Source: Octopus bimaculoides (lineage: Eukaryota). From it: a stretch of DNA of 64,000 nucleotides. A program made the translations under genes and the position numbers. Each line of letters starts with the position of its first letter. The stretch's first letter is position 1. Positions 54,057 to 64,000 of this stretch are shown here, piece after piece. The DNA is taken from contig NC_068981.1 of assembly GCF_001194135.2 (NCBI RefSeq), positions 51,769,845 to 51,833,844 on the forward strand, given 5' to 3'. The notes beneath the pieces are model-generated. The model had not been told where the DNA came from, did no database searches, and saw only the letters and a program-made list of their open reading frames with translations.

Positions 54057-54060
<4 letters not shown>
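53882..54060 (-). mobile_element. Short (about 180 bp) hammerhead-carrying repeat (PLE pseudo-LTR or retrozyme-like)
   Basis: Reverse complement of 55003-55140, extended by about 55 bp; adjoins (ATT)n at 54058-54133. Confidence 0.8.
53962..54007 (-). ncRNA. Type I hammerhead ribozyme motif (A6>G variant)
   Basis: Reverse complement is GACAC-CTGGTGA-A-AGCTG-GAGGGTATAT-CAGCT-GAAA-CGT-T-GTGTT. Confidence 0.7.
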
Positions 54061-54133
<73 letters not shown>

Positions 54134-54800
54134 NNNNNNNNNNNNNNNNNNNNNNNNNNNNNNNNNNNNNNNNNNNNNNNNNNNNNNNNNNNNNNNNNNN
54201 NNNNNNNNNNNNNNNNNNNNNNNNNNNNNNNNNNNNNNNNNNNNNNNNNNNNNNNNNNNNNNNNNNNNNNNNNNNNNNNNNNNNNNNNNNNNNNNNNNNN
54301 NNNNNNNNNNNNNNNNNNNNNNNNNNNNNNNNNNNNNNNNNNNNNNNNNNNNNNNNNNNNNNNNNNNNNNNNNNNNNNNNNNNNNNNNNNNNNNNNNNNN
54401 NNNNNNNNNNNNNNNNNNNNNNNNNNNNNNNNNNNNNNNNNNNNNNNNNNNNNNNNNNNNNNNNNNNNNNNNNNNNNNNNNNNNNNNNNNNNNNNNNNNN
54501 NNNNNNNNNNNNNNNNNNNNNNNNNNNNNNNNNNNNNNNNNNNNNNNNNNNNNNNNNNNNNNNNNNNNNNNNNNNNNNNNNNNNNNNNNNNNNNNNNNNN
54601 NNNNNNNNNNNNNNNNNNNNNNNNNNNNNNNNNNNNNNNNNNNNNNNNNNNNNNNNNNNNNNNNNNNNNNNNNNNNNNNNNNNNNNNNNNNNNNNNNNNN
54701 NNNNNNNNNNNNNNNNNNNNNNNNNNNNNNNNNNNNNNNNNNNNNNNNNNNNNNNNNNNNNNNNNNNNNNNNNNNNNNNNNNNNNNNNNNNNNNNNNNNN

Positions 54801-54930
54801 ATATGGTACCCTAGGAATAACACCTACATAAACTTCTAACTTGTCTCTTGAGGTCTCTGGGTGAGACTTGGATCCAACTTGTACAAATGCAAAACAAAAG
54901 TCAAACATAAAATAATAATAATAATAATAA

Positions 54931-55001
<71 letters not shown>

Positions 55002-55010
55002 ACAACAACA
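54801..55010 (+). mobile_element. Probable LINE 3' UTR end (R4/Dong-like) with (AAT)n-(AGT)n-(AAC)n tail
   Basis: Unique block gaggtctctgggtgagacttgg..caaaagtcaaacataa runs straight into (AAT)n, like the tails of elements C and D; the family call is inference. Confidence 0.45.
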
Positions 55011-55140
55011 ACATCGAAAAATACCTTAGGAATGAGAACCCAGGTTCGAAATTTCCCCAAGACACCTGATGAAGGCTGGAGAGTATATCAGCCGAAATGT
55101 TGTGTTAACAACAAACAAGATGAGGACAAATATCCGCCAA
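55003..55140 (+). mobile_element. Second copy of the hammerhead-carrying repeat, inverted
   Basis: catcgaaaaataccttaggaatgaga..ttcgaaatttccccaagacacctgatgaagg..gaggacaaat. Confidence 0.8.
55061..55106 (+). ncRNA. Type I hammerhead ribozyme motif with canonical core
   Basis: GACAC-CTGATGA-A-GGCTG-GAGAGTATAT-CAGCC-GAAA-TGT-T-GTGTT: stem I 5 bp, stem II 5 bp, minimal stem III, predicted GUU cleavage triplet ending at 55101. Confidence 0.8.
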
Positions 55141-55537
55141 CAGTTTTATCTTTTCTTCTATATTTTTATTCGAGGTATTTAGACTTAGTTTGTCGTTGAA
55201 CAAATCATTTATGAATAACTTGGTCTTATCAATATTGACACTTAATCTTCACTACATGAACATATAATTTATGAGCAATAGGTGTACTTGAATGGCGATT
55301 GATGTGATGGCATTTTAAATTTCCAAAAGATTATGGAAGACGTTTTATGTTACCAAACGACGTTGTATCCATATTTTGCAGTGCAAGCATAAACTAGAAA
55401 TTTGAAAGCCAGATGAATCAAAAGTCATCATCAAGCCGCTGTAACCAATTGTTACAAAGGTTATATGAACGAACGTCTAGTACAGTGGAAATTTAAGATC
55501 AAATGTCCAGGTATGTGTATGTTTAGTAAACATACAT

Positions 55538-55669
55538 ACCAAAATATATTATGTATCAATTAGCAAAATATTACCAAAATATATTATCTATCAATTAGCA
55601 AAATATTACCAGAATATATTATCTATCAATTAGAAATATATTACCAAAATATATTATCTATCAATTAGA
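55538..55669. repeat. 35-bp minisatellite, about 3.8 copies
   Basis: accaaaatatattatctatcaattagcaaaatatt starts at 55538, 55573, 55608 and 55643. Confidence 0.95.
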
Positions 55670-55852
55670 ATCCTTCCACAAATTTCTGCTTTTCAATTTC
55701 TCTTTCTTGATACAAGACAATAGTGTTTCCGTTTTCAGTTCTTTTCAGTTCGTATATCTAAATACAGTCTATTTAGCTTTTCATTCCGTCACACTCTCTC
55801 CTACACGCTCTTGCTCTCTCCTACACTCTTTCGCTCTCTCTCTCTCTCTATC

Positions 55853-55892
<40 letters not shown>

Positions 55893-55952
55893 GCTCTCTC
55901 TCTCTCTCTCTCTGTATTTTCGCTGTTCTTTCAGTATACTTTACATCTTATA

Positions 55953-56331
55953 TGGAGGCCCAATGGCCCAGTGGTTAGGGCAGCGGACTCGCGGTCATAC
56001 GATCGCGGTTTCGATTCCCATACCGGGCGTTGTGAGTGTTTATTGAGCGAAAACACCTAAAGCTCCACGAAGCTCCGGCAGGGGATGGTGGCGAACCCTG
56101 CTGTACTCTTCCACCACAACTTTCTCTCACTCTTTCTTCCTGTTTCTGTTGTACCTATAATTCAAAGGGTCAGCCTTGTCACACTGTGTCACGCTGAATA
56201 TCCCCGAGAACTACGTTAAGGGTACACGTGTCTGTGGAGTGCTCAGCCACTTACACGTTAATTTCACGAGCAGGCTGCTCCGTTGATTGGATCAACTGGA
56301 CATCGTAAGCGACGGAGTGCCAACAACAACA
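55953..56331 (+). mobile_element. Full-length SINE family B with a 10-bp TSD
   Basis: Near-identical inverse of 47610-47998; TSD acatcttata at 55943-55952 and 56332-56341; (CAA)n tail. Confidence 0.95.
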
Positions 56332-57109
56332 ACATCTTATATATATCACCATACATTCCTCAAATATTTCATTTCTTCCATATACTTTGTTTGCATTTCT
56401 GTCGACTCGATACAATCGAATTTTCCGACAAGTATTTATGAGTTTATTTATTTGACCACAGTATGTTACCGGTATTTATCCAAGAGTGTAAAATCCAATG
56501 GAAAACTAGCAACACATTTTCATGCATAATAATGCAACCTACTTTATCCGTCATTATACTACTACCTGTTTATCATAGTCTCACTATCTATCAGTATTTA
56601 CCATTCCTTCGCCCGTCCCCCAAATATCATGGCTTCATATATTTTCCTACCCTTTCACATTGTTTATTCTTCACGTAACCTTTCTTAAAATATATTTGTT
56701 ACCGCGCCTCAGATTCTCTTCTTTCAATATTTTTATGCACTACGTTTCCTGTCTTTCTTTTATTTTTTCTTTCTTTGCCAATTTCTTCTTCCTTTTGTTC
56801 CGACATATCTGGAGACTTCTCATTCATTTTAATATTTTTCTCTCAAAACTTGCAGCTGATATTCTCGCTTTAAACTAATTTATTTCAATTTATATTCAAA
56901 CAGCCGCCGGCTATTATTTTTTCAAAAACGTTTACTTCCGTAATGTGTTGACAAGTTCTCACTACAGATATGATTGGATTATTTAACGCATCTAATCCAT
57001 TTCTACAGCAACAAAAATAAACAAACAATAGATGAGTAAATACGCTAACAAAATCAAATGCAAATATATTGTCGATTATCAAAAAGCAACTGCAGTGTCA
57101 TTACCACCG

Positions 57110-57352
<243 letters not shown>

Positions 57353-59774
57353 TCATCAGCTACCAAAACATAATGACCACGAACAACAAGAACAGTAGAG
57401 ATAACAATAATCAAACATGTGGATGAAAATACCATCATATAATCAAATACCAGAATTACTCCAATGTTGTCTGCAGAAGCAAGACACCAACATTTGAGAG
57501 AAATAATGTAGTCGTTATAGTGATGGTACGTTTTATTTTTAAAACAATCAGCCACTCTCTGCTACAAAAAAAAGCGACTGTTGATGCAATAATATTAATG
57601 TACACCGTCAATATGTCGTTATATCCAGATTGTTGTATCAGTATAAATATGCCGATATAGACAGTAGTAAATAGTTATGCTACCAACGTCCGATTGCCAT
57701 GTTGCATAACAACAGCTACCACAAATATAAACAGCAATTATAAAATATGTGGAATGATTTCTATAAATCAGAACACTGCTAGAGAAGAAACAACGAAGTT
57801 CATATAGCAATAATCTTTCTTAAATCTTTATACATAGGAAATGTATAAATCTCTAAAAACACATAATAATTCCATGGATAAATGTTTCAACCAATCTGGA
57901 AACGTCGCAGCGAATGGTAAACAGATTTCAAATTAATGAAAACATACTGCCAACAATCAGAAATCAAATGCAATGTCACCATCGTCACCAAGAAAATAGC
58001 AAGAAAAGTAAAAGACTATCTGACCAATATAAAAATGGAGTAGTGTAATATCATTTGAATCTGATAATTTTGAGACCCTGTATATGAGATTCGTTGCTCT
58101 CTAAGGAAATTCAGTGTCACCCACAGCAAAATACTTACATGATAATTGGTCATTACCTATGATAATCGCATGGTATTTAGTTAACATGAAATTTAACAGA
58201 AATGTTATATATTTTGACAGAACAATAATTATCGTAATTATTAACACACTTGAAGAAATGTGTTTACCCTTGCTTTTTAGCATTACAACACTACGTAAGA
58301 AATTTTTTTATTAATGTTTACTATAGTAAGTTAGAGTTGAAAGGATATTTAATAGTACACGCTATTTTAAAGATTAAGTAGATCTATTGCAAGAAAAGTA
58401 GATAAACGGACACCATTGAGAACCAGTGAACAGTTTAAGACCTCAATTTTTAAAGTTGCCTATATTTCCTTAATGATATCAAAATCTAATCATTGGCAAT
58501 GTGATTTGTGCTGGCATCAAATATAATAAATCAATTCTCAGAGCAGCGATGAAGCTAGGCTAGATTTTTAACGGTTAAAGTTTATGCGAAGCCAACATCT
58601 AAAGTGGTTATAAATGACAGGTTTTATGATCACATATATAATTTTATGTTGCCCAATCTTTCACAAGTTAAAAGATTCAGATATCACTGAGAAATGATTG
58701 TTTGCTTAGATTAAAAGTCTAAACTGGGTAAGAAACTTGAACGAAGTTTAGATATCTTAAATAATATGCAATTCTCGATAAGTGCATGATACTTTGTAGC
58801 ATAACATATTCATAGAAATATAGCAATTTTATAAAATTTCTTTCAATCGTTCAGCCTCAATTCAATTCCTTTTTTCCTCACATATATGCCCCTAGAGTTT
58901 TTACTACAAACAATAAAATGCATTCGGGAAAGTGCACACTACCAGTTCACAGATAATATATGTCTTTATGTGATTGTGTTTATGTCAAAGAGAATAAAAT
59001 GTTCTCCACGATATCTCGATTTAATGACGGCTATGTCATGTGTCCTCAAGAGAATCAAACTTCTACACCAATGCTGTTATAGCAGCACGTGCTGAATTGT
59101 ATTATGATTATTTAGTCCTAATACAGCCATTGTACATATTTCTCTAGTTATCACTTGACTTTACATTACGGTATCTAGCGGTAACAACTAATCCAGTTAG
59201 TTCAGAATAATTTAAAGGCAACTATTTTAAGTTTAGTTATGCTTTATAAATTCGGTATATACACATTTTAAACAGGAATGAATGCTGTACACAGCTAAAC
59301 ATGAAGTATAAAATTTTAAATTAAAAGTATATAAAAAAACTAGAAATGTGAGGAGCCATGTTGCTGTCGCAGTTGATGGACATTATGTTGTACAACTAAA
59401 TTTACAATAATGATAAACATAAATTATCAAAATATAATAAGAAATCATATAAGAATAAATGTTCATATAATTTGTGGAAATAATATCCATTGTATTCGCT
59501 AAATTGCAGTGTTACGTAAGTATTTCTATAAGGACAGAACACGAATAACCATAAAAACTAAAAGTTCCGAGATATTGTAGTCACAAGGTATAGAAATGTA
59601 TTGATAACACATGCTTTGGTAATGGTTTGAAACCAAAAGATTTTACGCATTTTGCAAATCATAATGCAAAATTTAATAAATATTTGAAGTACGTAATAAT
59701 TTTCAGACATATTTCCAAATTCTTATTTTAGTTACTATGTATTATGTATTTTTTGTGTTTTTTATGCTTAAGTT

Positions 59775-59827
<53 letters not shown>

Positions 59828-61427
59828 GTGCAGAGTGGTGGTGCTATCAATTTTATAGTTAAGATTTCTAAATAAAATACATAATTCTACTTTAATTATC
59901 TTTGTTTCATCATAGGCTGCAGTTTACAATAATACATGAATATCTCGTTCGAATGTAATTATCTCTGGTGACCTAAAAAGCAAAATCGATAATTGTATTA
60001 CTGATTCATAAGCAAATAAAATATATTATAGCGATCAGCTTATGTAGTAATGTTTTGATTGGATATTGTAGATTTTAAATATGAATAAATGACTGAATAA
60101 ATAAAATTATTCTACTAACGGTTCTGCTTACATTATAACTGAATATAGATTACTATGAACAAAAATTGAGAAGTTGAAGTCTGTCCATATTTCTGCAAGG
60201 CAAAGTGTAGAATTGTCTCAATTAAATTGTGTGAAATTAACCTGGCAAGAAATGAATTTAGGATATAGAACTACTTTAAATGCAGCACAAAATTTTGTAA
60301 AGGCTGTACTATCGTTCACTTTACCTGGTCAATTTTCTTCAGAGGAATACACTATGTAGGTTGTCTCAACACATCTAACTCTATAATAATGTTTCCGTGA
60401 TTATTTAGAAAGTTTCATTTCTATCAATTCTGCTATTATATCAGGATATATTTGTATCGTTTTTGCCTTGTCACATTTTTTTCACTATAGTCTTTTTTAT
60501 ATCAGGGATCAGCAAACTAATACCATTGACCCCCTCGGGGAATCATTAGTATCTTCTATCTCCCAATCATGAAAATTTCTAAAATAAATTAAACAGTATA
60601 GCCACTACACTAATATTTTCAAGTGGAATATTAAGTCTTTTTCTAATAATCTAAAAGTCTGAAAATTGTCTCTCCTTTTGCATCAGCTTAAATAAAATTA
60701 TGAACAAAAAAAATCAACAATGCACTTGCAGATTTGGTGATTATAATTCACATAGGCTATGAGAATATTTGAATTATTGAACGCCATCTGATCAAGATGA
60801 ATCGACAACTTGCAATACTGAAGTTCTAACCCGCAAAGTTTTCTTCACTTCAATGTGTCTACTGGCTATTCTTGGACTTTAATACGTTTTAAAGTATGAC
60901 CTTATCTTTCAGTACCTTAGAAAAATTAGGATTTTATTTGTCAGAGACAGACATTAAAAATACACCAGTATTGAACGTTTTCATGAAAAGCGCGCGCTTG
61001 TCCTTTCATTGGCTCATTAGTCGGCCAGATGATATTGTATGCTTACTAGGTGTATGCCGCGTGATATCTGCTAAGTCACTTTGAATTTCCAACGGAACTT
61101 TTTAAGTACTTCAGACGGATCTTTTTAAATCGAATGCTCAAAAACGTTTCAAGTGTTTATCTACTCATTGGATAGCTACATAGAACCTTAGGGGATCAAT
61201 ACTGACTACTATGCCAAACTTTGTTTTCATATCATTTTATTCAAATTATTTCGTAATTTCCAAGCAAAAACAACTTAGTTAGTAATGAAAATTCGTGGGA
61301 TAACTGAAATTGTATATTAAATATCAAATGTTTTATGAAAATTGCTATTTTATGAATGAATTCAACGGTTAAGGCATTCCAAATATTTACTTCAAATCTT
61401 TAGGAATCCTTGCCATCATTGAGGTAT

Positions 61428-61649
61428 CTTTTTACTTTTGTCTTTTACTTGTTTCAGTCATTTGATTGCGGCCATGCTATGGCACCGCCTTCAAGAGTTT
61501 TTAGTCGAATGAACCGACCTTAGTATATATAATTTTTAAAAGTCTGGTACTTATTCTATCGGTCTCTTTGCCGAACTGCTAAGTTGCGGGGACGTAAACA
61601 CACCAACGCCGGCTGTCAAGCGATAATGGGGTACACACACACATGCAAG

Positions 61650-61722
<73 letters not shown>

Positions 61723-61755
61723 AAAGAAAGAAAGAAAGAGAGAGAGAGAGAGTAA

Positions 61756-61829
<74 letters not shown>

Positions 61830-61960
61830 AAGAGAGAGAGGTACAACGGGATTTTTTCAATCTCCGTCTACCAAATCCAGTCAAAAAGCTATAGTAGAAG
61901 ATACTTGCCCAAGGTAACACGATGTGTTTGGTACTTCTTACCATACAGTCATGTCTGCGC
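61428..61960 (-). mobile_element. SINE family A with internal tract expanded into (TA)(GA)(GAAA) arrays
   Basis: Tail tcttttacttgtttcagtcatttg..ggcaccgcc; head gatacttgcccaagg..ccatacagtcatgtctgcgc. Confidence 0.88.
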
Positions 61961-63439
61961 GTCATAACGTTTTCTCTAAACATTGAAAATCCTTCGAGTA
62001 GTTTTGAAGGGCTTTGCTCTCTCTACGTCTTGCCTTTTTTTTAAACCAATTTGATTAAATTGTCACCCAGTATCGCCTTGGTTAACAAAAAAGCGAAATA
62101 TTATCATAAAATCGTCAAGCGTATACTCCACTAAAAATACATGAGGAGTCAGTAATACTTTTTCAAACATTTGAAACATATTTGCAGAGAAAACTGCATC
62201 TAATCTTCAAACACTCAGTGAGGCTTAGGGGATTAACAAAGAAACAACTGATTCAGTACTGTCATATCTAACGTTCTTACTATGACTTCATTTCCAGCAT
62301 TACTGCGCTATGATATTCGCAAAGATAGTTAAAAGTCTGCATTTCAGGAAGTTTACAACGAAAATAAAAACCTAGTCAATATAGGCACTAAAATGTATAA
62401 CAGGAGGCGGGGGCCTGACATTTTAGGTTTCAACCTCTAGCCTTGCGATACAGTATGGAAGCTGAAATTGTTTCCAAGACATTTTACTTACAAGATAACG
62501 TAATATGCAGTCACAATCAGCGCTCAACGGTTCCAGTGCGTAAGATTAACTCCAAACATATTTAAGCATAAGTATTTATATTTCTCAAGTACGAATACTT
62601 TATCGTAAAGAACTCAGCATTAATTAGATATGTAAATTAAAACTATATGTTTTACATAAAATAAAATACCCGGCTATGTGCTATTATTTTCAATGTAAAG
62701 CATAGAGTTCTGTGGCAGAAAATTTAACGTTGGCTCGAATCCTGCCAACACTATGTCAAGTCCATGGCCAAGTTGATCTAAGTCGCAACAGCACAGTTTT
62801 TCTCCCTATTAACATGCACTGGAAATTGATGGTCTTGAATATCTATATAATTATACATGGATTAAAATAGACGCACAATGAAACATGATGAAACCAGGGG
62901 GAACGATTACACATGCATACACACACATAAACAAACACACCAATACACACACATGACTCTATATATGCGTTTACATTTGTACTGGCGTATTAACTATCAA
63001 AAGCAAACTCAGAAAGACAAGAATATACCGAAACTCTGCTCTTCTTCTCATGCTCCCTACTATATTTCGAAGACTAATATTTCGCAAGAAATTCATTACA
63101 CACTAGAATAAATAGTTACTGATATTCCTCGCGACCATTTCTGAAACCAGGAAACTGTAAATAATAAATAAATAAATATTTTAATATAAATGAATTGGGA
63201 ATTGCAATGCTGCGTCCAATTAATATTTCAGCAATTTCCCATCATTAACCAACATAGCGTAACATATCTGACAAAATTGTAGCTGGAACTCATTTGGAAT
63301 TATTATGACAAATAGATCACAGAATACTGAAGCTAAAAGATCATGTCAGCATTTAAAAACACTTCTCTACATATACTGATCAGTGAAGCAGAAGTGATTC
63401 GGCATGTATACGCATAAATACAATTATTAAATGATATAG

Positions 63440-63440
63440 A

Positions 63441-63480
<40 letters not shown>

Positions 63481-63484
63481 TGTG

Positions 63485-63569
<85 letters not shown>

Positions 63570-63580
63570 AAGATGGTGTG
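63440..63580. repeat. (GT)n microsatellite
   Basis: Directly visible. Confidence 0.97.
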
Positions 63581-64000
63581 TGTATACATGTCTATACGTA
63601 TGTATTCAATGCAAAAAGTATCTGAAATTCCTTTTGCAAATTTTATTTATACATGTGTTTATGTGTGTACAAGAATATATATATACACACATACCCACAC
63701 ACGCGCGCGCATACACACACACACACATACACTCATGCACACATACACACAACTACATGCATACAAATATACATCTTCAAATGTATTTACATGAGTATAT
63801 ATATTGGAACTAGATTTCGAATGAGTATTTAAAAATGTATCCCTCTTTACTCGTTTGTTTTCATGAATTTTGTTTGAATGATTCATGCATGCATATGCAA
63901 TATATGTATTATATATATGTGCGTGTGTGTGTGTATGTGTATAGAGAGAGAGCGAGAGTGAGAGGGACACTTATGCATCTACATATATTTATATATATAT

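Noticed and set aside
55538-55669. CRISPR-like array (35-bp repeats)
   Set aside because: The units are head-to-tail with no unique spacers, in eukaryotic context; it is a minisatellite.
55953-56030. tRNA gene (also 47920-47998 and 52683-52760)
   Set aside because: These are SINE heads: A/B boxes without a full cloverleaf, continuing into a SINE body with tail and TSDs.
58060-58084. Tc1-like right end ataattttgagaccctgta
   Set aside because: No left TIR or transposase motif located.
60502-60517. hAT-like terminal sequence cagggatcagcaaact
   Set aside because: No matching inverted partner or TSD found in the window.

Overview
Eukaryotic, AT-rich, repeat-dense genomic DNA with about 13 N-gaps (e.g. 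4254-4533, 6426-6697, 11178-11546, 24608-24945, 25298-26097, 44779-45655, 54134-54800), nearly all beside microsatellites. The SINE and LINE content looks like an octopus/cephalopod intron or intergenic region; that is my recognition of repeat families, not a database result. I can support no intact host protein-coding gene, and most ORFs in the track are microsatellite or gap artefacts. Supported content: (1) a nest of same-strand R4/Dong-type RLE retrotransposon remnants alternating with (AAT)n arrays at 0.2-8.6 kb; (2) two Penelope-like elements tail-to-tail around a (TA)n tract, each with a hammerhead-like motif; (3) an inverted pair of short hammerhead-ribozyme repeats at 53.9-55.1 kb with a compensatory stem change; (4) an internally deleted Tx1/L1-type LINE and a related 3' end inside (GATA)n carrying three identical-stem hairpins; (5) three tRNA-type SINE families, plus a probable RTE LINE end that shares its tail with one of them; (6) a 346-bp foldback MITE; (7) weak, degenerate host-like coding remnants (class A GPCR-like, Ly6/three-finger-like) at 13.5-17 kb.
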